Of a stretch of DNA of 64,000 nt, positions 1-14,143 are shown one piece after another; positions within the stretch are counted from its first letter, which is position 1; each line of letters starts with the position of its first letter. The notes under the pieces were generated by a model. That model ran no database searches, was not told where the DNA came from, and saw only the letters and a list, made by a program, of their open reading frames with translations. The DNA comes from Lama glama. Lineage: Eukaryota. Location of the stretch: contig CM052816.1 of the NCBI GenBank assembly GCA_028534125.1, positions 18,416,001 through 18,480,000 of the forward strand, in the 5' to 3' direction. Both the position numbers and the translations under genes were made by a program.

Positions 1-421
1 TGTGCTCCTCCCCGCCACCTCCAGGGAATGGCATGGCCTCTGCTTGTGGTGCTCAAACAAGGGGAAGGAAGACAGGATAGAGCAGCATGGGAAGGGCCAT
101 GACAGGAGGGTACACAGGGGACCATGGGAGCAAACAGGACTAGGGAGGCTGCCCCAGCCTGTGGGGGTCCCAGAGGGCTTCCTGAAAGAGATGACACCTG
201 AACAGAGTCTTGAGGACTGCTGAGACTGAAGTGAGGGAAGGTTGTTCCCAGCAGCTGGGCCGGCATTGTTCCAAGAGGGAGAGTGACACCTACAATGTAT
301 TTGAATTAAAGACCAGGGCAGGAATGGCAGGTGATGAGTTCAGAGGCTCTACAACCTAACTGATTTCTCTTCCAGAGCAGATCCTGTCACCCAGGGAGTA
401 ACCAGGATTATTTTCTTTTAG

Positions 422-686
422 CCAGGGACAAGTGGTGGCCTTCAGACCCCCAGATCATATCAGAAGGGCTGTATGCAATAGCTGTCGTGCTGAGCTTCTC
501 TCGAATCGCGTACATCCTGCCAGCCAACGAGAGTTTCGGGCCCTTGCAGATCTCCCTGGGGAGAACCGTGAAGGATATCTTCAAGTTCATGGTCATTTTC
601 ATCATGGTATTTGTGGCCTTCATGATTGGGATGTTCAATCTGTACTCCTACTACCGAGGTGCAAAGTACAACCCAGCATTTACAAC
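422..686 (+). CDS. TRPC7: TRPC7 coding exon (S4, S4-S5 linker, S5); upstream exons lie outside the window
   Basis: Acceptor ttttctttta-g at 420-421 and donor ac|gtgagt at 687. Translates (A)[87 protein letters not shown](T), a TRPC3/6/7-type sequence with TRPC7-specific residues. Confidence 0.97.
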
Positions 687-829
687 GTGAGTATCCCAGG
701 GCTCTCCCTGGAGGGGCTCCCTGGGCTTCCTAGGGATCATTGGGAGCCTCCTTCAGGCGGTTCCTCAAAGAGATTCAGGTCCCCTTGGCATTGATAAAGA
801 TGAAAGGCCACTCTTTTCAAGGATGGTTT

Positions 830-1030
830 CGAGTTCGGGTTCTGGAGTTGGAGGAACAGAAGAGCTGGATTCCGTCCGTCCTTTGCCACTTACGTGCCGT
901 GTGGCCAGGATCACGTTCCTCAATTTCTCTAAGCCTTAGCTTGCTCATCTTGAAAAATGAGGCGAATAATAAGACCTGCTTCATAGGGATAGTGTGAGGA
1001 TTCAATGAGCTGATTTACTCAGTAAACTTA
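830..1030 (+). mobile_element. MIR SINE
   Basis: Core ctctaagccttagcttgctcatcttgaaaaatgaggcgaataataagacctgcttcatagggatagtgtgaggattcaatgag. Confidence 0.7.
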
Positions 1031-4000
1031 GTAAGTGGAAGGAATTATCACTATTATTATTATTGGCTTAGCCTATGCTACCTAGAAAACAAAACCCTGG
1101 GCAAGTCTTGCATGCGAGCATTTCATTGGAGAGAGGGAGTTGCAATTCAAATGAGGTAAGACTGAAGGAAAAGGGAAAAGGCATGTGAGAGGAAAGAAAG
1201 CATTCACAGGTTGCTTGTAATGGCCACCATCTACCAGGACACACCTGTCACGGCAGACTTCTCCCAGGAGACTACACAGAAACACCACATTTTAGGATAG
1301 CCCATCAGGATGAGAATTAGAGAACCCACCAGCCGTATCTTTCCCATCTGCTGTCCTTCATGAGTCAAATTCACTCTAGGACATTAACACACCTTCACTT
1401 CCAGGGCAGCCCCTGGGGGACCATGTCTGCACAGCATGGGAGGGAGGTCTGCAAGCGGCCACAGGTCAGCAGCTCTCTGTGCCTGACTGGGCAGCCAGTG
1501 CTGTGCAAGGGCACTGAACAAGTCCTGCAGAATCATGGGCCTCAGCGGCAGCAAGAAAAGCCCAGGCGAGGGATGCAAGAGGCATGTGGTGTGAACATGA
1601 CACGAGGCACTGACACGGGGTCCAGAAGTAGCTACTGCAAGCAGAGCAAGCAATGCCACAGCCTCCACCATGGAGGTGGTGCCGGAGATCACTGTGCCTG
1701 TGTCCCTGAGGACCCAGAGCTCCTCCCCTGGATGCCAGGCAGGTCTCCTGGAGGGCCATCAGTAGCACTAAGCAGTGGTATAGCACAAGAACCTGGCACA
1801 TCTGGGTTTATATCCTGGCAGAGGCAGTAAGTCGCTAATGACGTTAAGCCAAGTGACTTGAGTTTTCTGAGCTTCTGTATCCTCACTGGCAACATGGAAA
1901 CAAGACTTCTCACCCCGCTCATAAAGACATTTACAAATAAAGGAAGGGGTTCTGTAAAGTGCCTGAAGCTCAGAAGTGTTTCCAGTCCAGGTCCTGCCCA
2001 GACTCCCCTAGTCCTAGAACTTCTCCCTGCCTTCATCAAGCTCCCATGCAGAGTTTTGAGGGAAGAACAGTCAGGTCCCCAGCACAGCTGGGACCAACAG
2101 GCTCTGACACTGGTCCTCAGGAGGCTCTGAGTGGCCTGGAATTTGTTTCGAGCCAGTGAAAATGGCAGTGCTGCACTGTGCTGGCTCCCTGAGCAAGTCC
2201 CACCTCACAGTAGGCTCCCTCAGCAGTCTGAGCTCTCCCCTCAATGGCGGTGTGGCCTCGGGCAAGTGCTTCAACGCCCCAGGCAGGAATGTCCCCAGCT
2301 CTGAAATGAGAAAACTAAGATGGTCAGCTGCACAGGGTTGTCGTAAGGATCCAAAAAGAAGAAAGAGGACTGAATACAGTGCTTGGCATATAATAAGCCT
2401 TTAATGAATGGGAGTGATCACAATGGAGATGGTGAATAAGGAGGAGGGGCCGGAAGAGCTGCAGGAAAAGGCAACTGGGTAGTCTATAGGACCCTCTCTG
2501 GACAGGGGCCTCGCCTACTGCCTGCCCACCAGATTGGGCCAAGTGCACTAGTGAATCAGCTGCACCACTTTATATCACTCCAATACTCTGCAATTAACTG
2601 ATGAAGGAACGAAGTAAGCTTGAATCACCCAAAAGCAAATTTGCTCTGGATCATCTGGAGGCAAACCTAAGCGTATGCACTCTGTGGGAGATGCCTTGTT
2701 GACTGATGTCCCTCCTGTGCTTCCGGTCTCCTTATACACAGTATTGCCCACTAAATGCTTCCTAAACAAGAGTGTGGGAATGAACAGGGGCTAGGAAGCC
2801 AGCTTCAAGGCAGTAGGGAAAGAAGTAGATTGGGAGCATGACCATGAGGACTTCTGTCCCATTTCTCCTGCTGTGGGGGTATGTGCAATCCCGCTTCGCT
2901 CCCCTTACAAGGAGAAGCTACAATATCAGCCCACAGTTCCTCCAAAAGTCAGTGCCACAGAAACTGGGAAATGTGAAAGGTCATGACTCAAGAGCAGGGC
3001 TGACCCAGCCACAAGTCTCAGCTGGATGTACAGCACAGCCAATCTACAGAGGGAGCCTTTGGGATCAGGAAAAGTCATGGGAAAAGGTGGAAGCAGGAGG
3101 AAGAGGCAGAGCAATCAGACTGTCCCACGTGCTGGGAACCAAGGGTTCTCTCAAAGGTCAGAGTTATTTTTCACAATTGCTTCTCTGTTGGGGGCTGGTG
3201 TGAAGGAAGGCGTCGGGACAGGGAAGCGTGTGTGCCGTCACTGGGCTGTCAGCTGGGCCTGTCTGCATGTGACAGACTTTGCACCTGCTGGTGGCTCACT
3301 ATCCCCAAGCCACTTCTCTTAGAAACTGCAAATGACCAGAGGGAGGAAGAGAAAGTGTGCAGACCAGTTTTACGCTCTCAGAGCATAAGATCTAAGTGTC
3401 CCAAGACGGGGGTGAGGAAGTGGAGGGAAAATCGCCTGAGAATGCATTTCCTTTTAAAAAGTCTTTAAGTTCTCAATTCCAACCATTATAAATTTTGTTC
3501 TTATTGGGAACATATCTTTGATTACATCATGGAAGTCAATAGACAAAAAGGATTTGCTTTTTGGAGTTTTGTTTTGTAGCCAACTTTGCAAGAATGCACA
3601 CGTTCCGTAAGGCAAAGACTTTCTGCTTAGAGATCACAGGGAAAGCTTGGGGTCCAGCACTCTAGTGACAGTGTTAGAAAAAAGACAAAGTCCTTGGCTC
3701 ACTGATGTAATACAGCTAGGTGAGAATGTGTAAGGAAAGGGTGGCCTTCCCTATACTCAGATTGGTGACCATGGCAGGACAGGCACTCAGAGAAGAAAGG
3801 GAGAGGGGCAGCAAGATGACCCAGAACAGGGAAGAGAAGGGCTTGCTAACACAACCCAGGATGGGCTCCTGGTCTCCCCACTGGGTGAACTTGGCCTCCC
3901 CGACTTAATTCTAATTGGAGATTAAATGTAACCCCTGATTCTGAAAAGATGATCCCAGCCAATCTCTTCTACAGGCTGTTGTGGAGTGAGCTTCATAGCA

Positions 4001-7000
4001 TAGCTGGGTTGAGATGTTTCTAATCAAAAAATACTTATCTTAAGGTTATGCTGTCTCCCCAGGAATCATTTTAATGGAAGGAGCTTTAGCAATGCTTAGC
4101 AAAATTAGCAGCTTCTGTCTTCCATGACAGTCAGGGGAAATTTCCACACTCTAGATACAGAGAGATTTATTTGCATACCAGGGGCAGAAGGCACTGATTC
4201 AGCAGTGGAGCCAAAGGAAACCCAGCTTCTCCTTCCAATGAACCAAGAGATAGGCACTGAGGCTGAAGGAGAGGCTCCTTGAGACTCTACCCACACATAC
4301 CCTACCATGGGACCACCTCACCACCCTGCTGCTGAACAGCTCATGGCAAATACACGATCTGCTCTCTTGCTTAATCCACGCAACAATGGAATGGCACAGA
4401 CACTACTATCACGAAACTGAGGCTCAGAGAGATACTGGACTTGCCCAAGACCACAGAGCCAAGAAGAGGATTTGAACCCAAATCTGCATGGCTCCAAGCC
4501 CATCCTCCACCCTCTGACCTGAAATCCCTCCCTGCCACACCAGGGCCTATGCTCTGAGGTAGAAGCTGAGTGCCTTTAAAAGGTGGGACACTTTCCTATG
4601 ACACTAAATTCTAAAGAACAGCATACCCAATTCAGACTTTGATTATCACTGGAAGTCTGATAATTCTACATATCTTAGCTCTAAACATGCAGCCTGTGAC
4701 CGTCCTTGGAAAAAGCAGGATGATCTTCCAAAGGGTGCTCATTGATTTGACAAACATTATGGAGCAGTGACTCCATGCCAAGTGCTGTGTTTGGTCCTGG
4801 GGTTGTAGAGATTAATAAGACAATATTTCTATCCCTGAGGAACTCACAAGTAGGAAATTCTGGGGAAAAAAGGTACCAGTCATTACACCATGTGATCATT
4901 ATCAAAGGGTACTTGGGCAGCACAGTGAGGAGGAAGAAATGAACTCTGCATGGCAAGGTCAGGGAAGGCTTCATGGAGGGGGTGACCCTAACCCAAGGGT
5001 CTTAGAGGATGACTAGGAGGGCATTCCAGCCTGTGTAAGGTAAAGGTGCAGGCCATTTTTTTTTTAAGTGAAGGAGGAAGCAGCTGCCTCATTGCCCAGA
5101 TACTGATTTGTTCAGATGTTTTAATGCCTAATGATACACAAAAATTTTCTTAATGAGAAAAGCCACTTCCAGCGGCAGGGTCTGGGGAAGGGACAATAAA
5201 CATCATGTCCAGCTGGCCACAGAGGTGGAGAGAAGAAACCCATGAACCAGCCCAAGAAGCAGGCCAAGGAGATGGATAAGATGAGACATTCGTGCAGAAA
5301 CCGAAAGGGGAGCAGAAAAGAGGAGCTAAAAGCGAAGGCCCCTGGGGCACACGTGCAATTAAGAAATCTGCCCCAAAGAAAGCTGTGCCTTGTGCTGGAG
5401 GCAAGGACAATCTTGATTCCTTCCCTGCTGAAGCATCTGGATTCTCGGCCATAACGTCTGTCGCCACCTATAGCTGGAATCAAGTGTTGTCCTGGAGCTT
5501 GCGGTACATTTAAGAATAAACCTTTGTAAAAAGAGGCAGGTGCGAGTAGGCAAGTAAGCGAGAGTTTGGGAAAATGGCAGAAGACTCAATCAGATAATAA
5601 AGCAGGAGCCAGATTGTGAAGGACTTTATATGTCCCAGTAGGGTAAGAGTCTCCCCCAGGCCTTTTTAAAAGGAGGACTCGTGGTCAGATCTGCCTTCAG
5701 GAGGAGCGCAGTGGCAACGGTGCAAATGGCGGATTAGAAGGGGTGGGAGGGGACACCGGGATGTGGCCTGAGCTTGGTGCTCGGGATTTATATTGAGCAG
5801 GAACAGTCTTGACTCCTCCCCTCGTGGGAATTGCAGACTGGTTGAGAAGATATTAAATAGTCACAGGAATGAAGGCATGTTTACAATTGAGCAGATGTTC
5901 TCAGAGAAAGGCAGCTCCAAAGGGAGCTGACAGAGCCCCGAAGAGGCTGTGGCAGGAAGCACGTGAGAGAAGACCGATCCTGAACCAAGGGGTGGCAGCA
6001 GGGATGGAGAACAGGGGATGAGAAGGAGGGAGAGAGGGTGAGAGTGGACGAGTCGGGGAGACTGCCCACACCTGGCGGCGTGGGGTCAGGGAAGGAGGAT
6101 GTTTTCAGGGTTTTGACATTGGGAATGCCCTAGAAGGATTTGGGGAGGGAGTCGAGGAGAGTATGATGGGGAAGAAGGCAAGGTCCTGGTGATCCAGGAA
6201 AGGGATAGGGGCTTTGTCCTTCTCCAGGACCAGACCCATTCCCAGCAGAGCTAAAGGCCAACACTCAGCTCCACCTCCCAGAAGCATGGGTGAAGTCTAT
6301 ATCCTAAGGGACTAGAGGAGTAGCGGGGCCTTGGGAAGGAGGACCCCATGCTCAGCACCAAGGGACAAGCAGAGACTTGCTGAAGGGATGGATGGGTGCT
6401 TTGCAAACAGAAGATGAGAACCTGAGACTTCCCTGGGTCAAGGAAGGGACCAAAGGAGATGGTCAGGTGAGCCATATAGGCCCAGAAACATCCCGAAAGG
6501 AGTGATGAGACAGAGGGGCCTCCTGACAGCAAAGGGTCACACCCCCAAGAAGGATGTGGCCTCAGAGGAGGTCCTGCTGGGGCGGCCAAGGCTGGATAAT
6601 ACTGTCTGCCCTCGTAAGACTCATGTAACCAGTGGCCGGTTAAGAGGAATCAGTGTGGCATCACGGGACCGTGCTCTTTGTGTCGAGCATGCTGCATGGG
6701 TTTGCAGGTGGGGATGTGGAGTGCAGTCAGCCTCCTGGGCTTCACAGACAACAGATTTTCCCAGAACCCTGGGTCTGTGATGAAATATGGGCATCCCTGG
6801 TACAGAATGTTATCATACACTTTATTATATTTTGAAAGTTATAATCTCACCTTTATCTTATAAATTCAAGTTAGGAATAAGGGCTTTGGGGGAATGAGAG
6901 AACTTACTATGCCCATTTTCACATGGAGAAACTAGCACACAGAGGTCTAAGACTTGATGGAGGAGACAGCTGCGGTCAATGTCAGCGCCCAGGTCAGGCT

Positions 7001-9829
7001 CAGAAGGCTGGGCATCTGGAAATGACCGTTTTGCATCACAAAAATAGTCTACATCTAATATAAGTTCTTATCTTTGCATCACTCTCCAAAAAGTGACAAA
7101 AACATAGATCTTTTCCGGAGCTACTTTAGAAGAATGCTTATGCCTACTACAGCAGACCTTCTAATATCAGATAATGTTTATTTATACCCTCTCCTCATGT
7201 TTATTCATGAAATGAATTTTAAAAGCCTGGTACCTTTGAGCTTCAGGAACAGGCTGAGAACCCCCAAGGTTCTAAGGAGAAAGACTTGATGATGCACAGA
7301 AAATGAGCCCTTTTGGATGAGGCCTTCAGAGCACGTTGGCAGGCCCTCCCCTGAAGCCCCCCATCTTGTTCTCAGACTGTAGCCTCTTAAAGGTGAAAAT
7401 CCTGACCTTTATTCACTAAAATTCAATTCTAGGATGGACATAAGGTTTAAATTGTGACTCTTCGAAGTGGCAGAGTGAGAGGAAACTGGACTGTCCAGGG
7501 TTAACTCTAGAATATCATCACAAAAGCAGCTGTGAGATGGCATGCTGGCTCAGACCAAATCACCCCGTGCCTCAGTGCCCAGCTTCAGTCATTCACTGAC
7601 AAAAAATGTTTCCTGAGACCCCACTGAGAGCAGTGACTGCTCTGGGCACTGATGGCAGGGCAGTGAGCAAGTCAGCAGGCCCTGCCCTCACGGAGGTCAC
7701 GTTCCTCTGTGAAAGGAAAGACAGAGAAAAGAGGCAATATGCTAATGATGATGATGAAAATAAACAAGTAGATAAATAAGATCATTTTAGATTAAGTGCT
7801 GAGAGCCAGGAAGGAAATAAAAACGCTGTACAAAAGAATGAGGAAAGGATCTCCTGCAGACATGATCCAGAGAAGGCCAACCTGAGCAGGTGACAATTAA
7901 GCCTGAAGCCTAATGGATGAGAAGAGTGAGATGAGGCAGGCAGGTGGGGAGGTAGGGGCAGGGCAGTCCAGGCAGAGGGGCAGGGACATGGCGCCCTGAG
8001 GGAGGGGCAAGTCAGCAGGGCTACGTGAGGTCAGGGGAGCCTCAGCTGGGTGACTAGATTTGGTTGTTAGCCTATGGAAAGCCACTAAAGAGAAAGGCAG
8101 GATCTGATTTGTACTTTTAAAGGCTTATTCTGAGAGCCAATGGTAGGGTCTGAGAGTCTTTCAGCCTGATGCAGAAGTCCATTGCAGCTAAGGGAAAAAA
8201 ACAAACTCATGCTACCATCAGTAACACTGCTTATTTGCCATCTGCCAGGGAGTATTTTATGCACTTGACAAACATTCTATTAATTCATATAATCCTCTCG
8301 ACAATCCTATGAAGTAGGAATGATTATTTTCCCATTTTGCGGCAGGCGAAAAAAGAGGCACAGAGAGGCTAAGTTATTTGGCCAAAAGCTCACAGTCAAA
8401 CCCAGCATGTGCACTCTGCTTCACCACAGCCCCACCTCCACACCGGTGTCAGGAACAGGGAGTCCAGATATGCAACGGGGACTCATTCCTTCATTCAAAG
8501 GACAGTGAATTTGTTGAGCACCTTCAGCATTGTCAGGTTCTGTGCTAGGTTTGGGGTTTCGCCACTGAAGAAAGCCCAGCTCTGCCCTCAAGGAGCAACC
8601 AGGCTCCCAGGAGAGTGTGACTCTCAGTATGAATAAATCCGGGCTGCATGGGCTCTGTGCATCCCAGTTCTTCTGGGGCCAGATTCCTGGGCTGTGTAAA
8701 TCACTCCTCATTTAAGACCCTAGATAAACCAAGAGCTGGTTCAGAGGATCACGGTGGGGGTGAGGCCCAGACCTCCCCAGGCACTGGACACTCTTTCCCT
8801 GACTGCCCTCAAACCCAGTCCAACCGCTCTGGTCACCAGGTCTGAACATCAGAGAAGCACAGTCCTCGTGGAAGGTCTTTCTAGGTTCCAGGCACCTTCC
8901 TGCAGCTCCCAGCCGGGATGGCAGATGCGCGTTGTTCCTGCTTCAGCAGAACTTTAGCACAAGGCCAGCTACTGTCTTTTGAACTTGAGAAACAGCCTTT
9001 CAGGAGCTGATCCTCCTGCTTAATTTGAGCCTGCTATGTGCAGATTTGAGAAGGTAACTGAAAGTAACTGTTCAGGGTGAGGACAGAGTTCCATGACACT
9101 GCGGGGAGGGCCTCATGGCATTCTAAAGAAGCAGCAATTTCCATAACAATTGCCCAAACCCTCACAGCAGCCTTGTTGATCAGTTTGTTCATTGAGGCCC
9201 ATACACAACTGCCTCTTCAGACAACCTGTTATTACAGTCCCATTATCCAGGCGAGACAGACCTGGGAGAGAACTGATTATTTCATCCCGCCTAGTGCATG
9301 ACAAATCAGCCCCACCCTTCCCACCCACCCACCCCCGCCCAGTAAGAGGAGGGTGAATCGGTCTATTCAGCATCATTCTCAGGCACTCGCCCCTTTGACT
9401 TCATTAGGAGCACTTCTTATGCTAGGGAGCCTATTTATGAAACTTCAGTCCCTTCCACTGCCAGCCAAGAGTCAGAGACAGCACAGGTCAGAGAAGTCAG
9501 AAAGAGGATTTGCATGAAATCAAGGGTTTGTGATGATCTCTGCAGATAGGAAGGAAAATGAGGCTTGTTCAGAAAAGTCAATAAGCCACTGAATTATGAA
9601 CTCCTGTCAGCACCTAAGGGCTGACAGGGTTGTGTGTGTCCCTGGGGAAGGCAAGGCGACCAGAGCATCCTTGCCCACAGCCCTGTCACACTGGCTCACC
9701 CCAGCAAGCTTGCATTATACTAGGACCTCCAAGAGGATGAACATGTTCTGTGCGTCCTGCATCCTTTTCACCTGCTACAGTGCCTGGCCCAGTCAGAGTT
9801 CAGTAATATCTGTCAAATACTACAAACGA

Positions 9830-10045
9830 ATAAAAATAACAGCTACCATTCATTGATTCTTACTATATACCTTACATGAGTTGCTCATTTACTCTTCACA
9901 GCAACTTAATAATAAGGCGTCATTATCCTTTTGCATACATAAGTAAATCACGACTCAAGCAGGTTTTGTAACACACCCAGTTCACACAGCCAGTATGTGG
10001 CAGGACTGGGATCTGAACCCAGGCCTGCACCTTGGCTCTTCTTAA
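9830..10045 (-). mobile_element. MIR SINE
   Basis: ctcatttactcttcacagcaac...attatcc...cacacagccagtatgtggcaggactgggatctgaacccagg. Confidence 0.7.
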
Positions 10046-10719
10046 TCCTCCAGCTATCTCAGTGAAGACTCCTGTGACTGACACAATCGGAGGAATCAGT
10101 AGCAAACTCAGTAGTTAGCAGGGGTGGGTGGGAGGAGGATGTGGAAGCCGTGGCCACCATCCCTAGCTGAAAGAACCTCAAATTTAGCCTGGAGACCAGC
10201 AGGCTGACAGTGGGGACTTTTTGTTAGACAAGTGGCTTCATGGTGAATATCAACTAAGCCAAGTGCAAGATACTTTCTTCTTGAAAGACAGCCCCAGACC
10301 TCTGCAGTGACTGGACTTCTGCCACATGCCCTGTATCCCATAGCTCCTGACAATGACAGGCGATGATCAGTACATGACTCAGAGAGCATCATAGCCTCAC
10401 AGGACACTGGGATAGCTCCCATGCCCAAGCTCTTGGGGTTAGAAATGTACTACTGACTCCTTCCCAAGGCCAGCCTTCTTTCTGAGAATATATTATTAAA
10501 GGTTTCCAGGGTCAAGGTAATATAAGTCTTTTCCCACACAGAGCAAAGAGGAGAAGCTTCATTTATCTCCTGCTACATATTAAACCAGAAGACACCACTA
10601 GCCTGGCCTATCAAGTTAATTGTGGAGCTCTTGTCACCACAAAAAAACAGCAAGTTTTCATAGGAGTTTTCTTCCCCCTTTTATTTCTCAACAAGGATGT
10701 CTGTCTTTTTCATTTTGAT

Positions 10720-11060
10720 TTATAAAAGCTATTTATGTAAGAAAGACAACCCATTGTCCTGTGTGTTGGAAATACAAATCCTTTCCTCACTGAGTCTTTT
10801 GCCTTCTATTTTTATTTAATATGCTTTCAATATATACAAGTAAAGTTTTATGTGAGCATATCTTTTCATCTTTCCCTTTTTAGTTTCTGAAGCCTCTCCC
10901 AGACCAAGATTACATAAATATCAATACTTCATTCTGGCTTTTTGATCATGTAATTTTTAAGCATTAAATGCTTCAGTTCCATTCAGAATTTATTTTGTTG
11001 CATGGTTTGAGCTTTAGATAAAATATCATATTGCTTACCACGTAGCCCAACTACTTTGAC
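10720..11060 (-). mobile_element. Old L1 fragment
   Basis: T-rich, with decayed antisense L1 ORF2-type motifs (tctcccagaccaagattacataaat, tccattcagaatttattttg). Boundaries approximate. Confidence 0.5.
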
Positions 11061-11187
11061 ATTACTCAGCCCATAAGGTCCCATCTGAGAAACAACAACA
11101 AAAACAGTCTATTCAGTTAGTCCACTGAATGTTCATGGGTACAAATGAAAGACCCAAGAGATCTTAATAATGAATCTAGCCATTTTG

Positions 11188-11334
11188 TTTTTCTTGTTTT
11201 CTTTGTTTTTTTGGGGGGGGTGAGGTAATTAGGCTTACTTATTTACTTACTCTTAGAGGAGGTACTGGGGATTGGACCTAGAACCTTATGCATGCTAAGC
11301 ATGTGCTCTACCACTTGAGCTATACCACCACCCC
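11188..11334 (-). mobile_element. tRNA-derived SINE, Vic-1-like (camelid)
   Basis: Minus strand GGGGTGGTGGTATAGCTCAAGTGGTAGAGCACATGCTTAGCATGCATAAGGTTCTAGGTCCAATCCCCAGTACCTCC has A and B boxes and is tRNA-Ala-like. It continues with TAAG repeats, a C-run and an A-rich tail. 10-bp TSD AGCCATTTTG at 11178-11187 and 11335-11344. Confidence 0.85.
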
Positions 11335-12633
11335 AGCCATTTTGGATGATTCAAGCCAATGGACCCATCTTTTCCTTAAAGGAAGTCTTTGTTATTGCAA
11401 CTCACTTAGCCCCAGAGTAAGAGGAAGCAAGGGCTATAGACACTTCCTAAAGGACTTAGAAGGGTTTGTTTAAAAATGCGTAGTTTCCTGCCCAGTCTGA
11501 TACTGGGGGTTATTGGTCCGAAGGGGGCCAGTTTCACTCTGGCAACCACAGGGAGTCCAGGCCACTTGTGATTACGGTCTCCCAGAGGTCGTGGCCAAAA
11601 CAAGTCTAGAGGCACATCCTGAAGCTAGAGAATAGAAATGGAACAGGTATGAAGATTGTCTGGCAGCCAGACAACAAACGGAACACATCAGCATTCCAAG
11701 CCTTATGGGGGCAGCTGTTAGAGGAGGGGCAAAGGCACAGGTCTAGGGATCTGTAAATATTCCTTTAGTGGAACACATACTGCTAAGCGGCCAGCTCTGC
11801 CTCCTCCAGATTATTACCAGAGAATGCCTAAGTGAAGGCACCAAGGATAAATCAGCTTAGTAACACAATTCATAGCAAGAAGCAAATGAGAAGAAAATAC
11901 AGGCTGAATCTAGGCCATTTTCCCTAATCAAAATGCAAGAGGTTTTCCCTGGATGTGTTCTAGAATTGCTTAGATTTGCTTGCTTCATTTATGTCAGCCA
12001 AAGGTTCGTGGGATTTTCCAAGGTAAGAAAGGGAAAATGAATTTCTGTAAAATGTTTCTCAGGTGGTTCTACTAACCATTTCTTAGGTTGTTCATGGTAA
12101 GTGCATTATCCTGGACCAGTACTTGTCTGCCCAGCCCCTCCCTCGGACAGCGCGTCCTATGATTTTCACCTGATCCTGCTAGGAAGGGAACAACTGTCAG
12201 AGAGATCACTCCTGCATCTCCTTCCAGTTTCGGATCTGAGGCTCAGTGGTTTTGGATTCTCTCTGCCACTGTTGCCTTCCACTAGTGTGATAATTGAAAG
12301 ATTGCTTCTTAATGGAAGGTGATACCTGCAGTGAATCATGCCCACATATTGAACAGCATTTGTTCACACAAAATGGATGCTGCATCTCATATAAGGAAAG
12401 AGTTTTCCCCCTTTCTCAGGACAGCATCAGGAGCTAGAGCGCTAAAATCATAGCTTAATACCCAGTGTTACTTCCAAACCCCCAACTAAATTCCTTCTTG
12501 CTAAAACTAAGACAAATATTCCAAACTCACAGATTTAAAAGAAACCAAAAACAAATCATGGCAGCAAAAACTCGGTTCAGTGTTTAGTTTTCAGACTCTG
12601 GGATACACAGGGAATGAGCAAAAAGATAGCTAG

Positions 12634-12674
12634 ACACACACATACACACACATACACCCACACACACTCACACA
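12634..12674. repeat. Imperfect (CA)n microsatellite (others at about 30240-30295 and 40932-40966)
   Basis: acacacacatacacacacatacacccacacacactcacaca. Confidence 0.8.
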
Positions 12675-13319
12675 TGGGAGAGCAGAAAATTCATGAGCGT
12701 CACTGTGGGATTTTTAGCCAAAGTGATGAGTACTAGTATTTTTGTACATCTTATCAAATAAATACCAATCCTTGAAAAATGCTTTTTTTTTTGAGACTTA
12801 GCTAATCCTGGCCATTTGTGGGTGAGTGATAAAAATCTGAAATGTTAAAGAGAAAAAAAGAAAATGCTTTCTCATAATAGTACCCCAAATCTGGATGCAA
12901 ACTAAAAGACCAGCACTTAACCATTCAGATGTTATCACACATACATGTTAAGCCACCCAACCAAAATCCAGCTTTCTGATTGCGTTCTGTGTCACAAACC
13001 TGAGAGAAGGTCAGGGTCACAAAGTATTGACTATGAAATGTGCTTGAACCTTACTCTGAAAACGTATGTATTTTAGTAACTTGATCATCTCAAAAATGTC
13101 CAAGAGCAGTGTCCTAGAAGCCAGCTCTCCCCTGGACTGCCCTCACAGCACATGCAGCGTCTACCTTGAGTAAGCTGCAGGGTGAAGTTTGGGCAGTTAC
13201 CTGGTAGACTGGATCAATACAGACACAGCAGATTCACCACCTTCATTCCTGAGAATTCATCCCCAGTTTAGAGGATTTCATACTTGTGGCTGGCATCACT
13301 ACCCAGAGCCAGGGCAGTG

Positions 13320-13520
13320 GTAAAGCACAGTGGTTAGAAGTACCTGCTTTTGAAAACCTCAGACACATCTGGGTTTGCAACCACTTGCCAGCTTAGTGCA
13401 CCTGGGGAAGGCACTGAAGGCTCAGAGCATCAGTACTTCCATCTGTACAATGCGAGTAATAAACCAGCCCACAGCACAGGTGGTCATAGGCTTAAGTGAG
13501 CCACCCTATGTCATGTGCCC
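13320..13520 (+). mobile_element. MIR SINE
   Basis: cacagtggttagaag...ctgggtttgc...ccacttgccagc...catctgtacaatg. Confidence 0.6.
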
Positions 13521-13947
13521 AACACGTCGCAGTTGCCAATTATACTGGCTCCATCTCCAAACATCACCCTTTCCCCCTTCCCATGGGGCTAGGTGGTCTA
13601 AGAAGAGTCAGTCAAGAGACAGCTGAAGGAAGAGTGTGCTTTCTGAGGCTAATAACCTAAAAGGGCAAACACCTGCCCTGGTGTTTAATTCCAAATGTTA
13701 AACTAATTACAAGATGAAAATTATACTGCAGCCAGGAGTCCCAATGAAAGGACTGAATTGAAAAGAAAGAGCCTGCTCTTTATAGTATTCTTTCAAAATC
13801 TTCCGAGAGATCTGAGCATCTCATTATTTCAGAATACAGGCACCAGCACCCAGCCACAGCTCCACTCCAGGGTAACCACTGACCACATTCCTGGGAGAAG
13901 TGTCAATAGGTGCAAACCACCTGAGAGTCCTGTCTGTTTCCTTGTAG

Positions 13948-14143
13948 GGTTGAAGAAAGTTTCAAAACCTTATTTTGGTCCATCTTTGGCTTGTCTGAAG
14001 TGATCTCGGTGGTGCTGAAATATGACCACAAATTCATCGAGAACATCGGCTATGTTCTCTATGGCGTTTATAACGTCACCATGGTGGTCGTCCTACTTAA
14101 TATGCTAATAGCCATGATCAACAACTCGTATCAGGAAATTGAG
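13948..14143 (+). CDS. TRPC7: TRPC7 coding exon (pore helix with LFW motif, S6)
   Basis: Acceptor cttgtag|g and donor gag|gtaaga. Phase joins AC+G (Thr). Encodes [65 protein letters not shown]. Confidence 0.98.

Noticed and set aside
11255..11334. tRNA-Ala-like sequence as a real tRNA gene
   Set aside because: It is the head of a SINE with tail and TSD, and its acceptor and T stems are degenerate.
12130..12156. REST/RE1-like half site GGACAGCGC (also at about 34385)
   Set aside because: The left half-site TTCAGCACC is absent or wrongly spaced.
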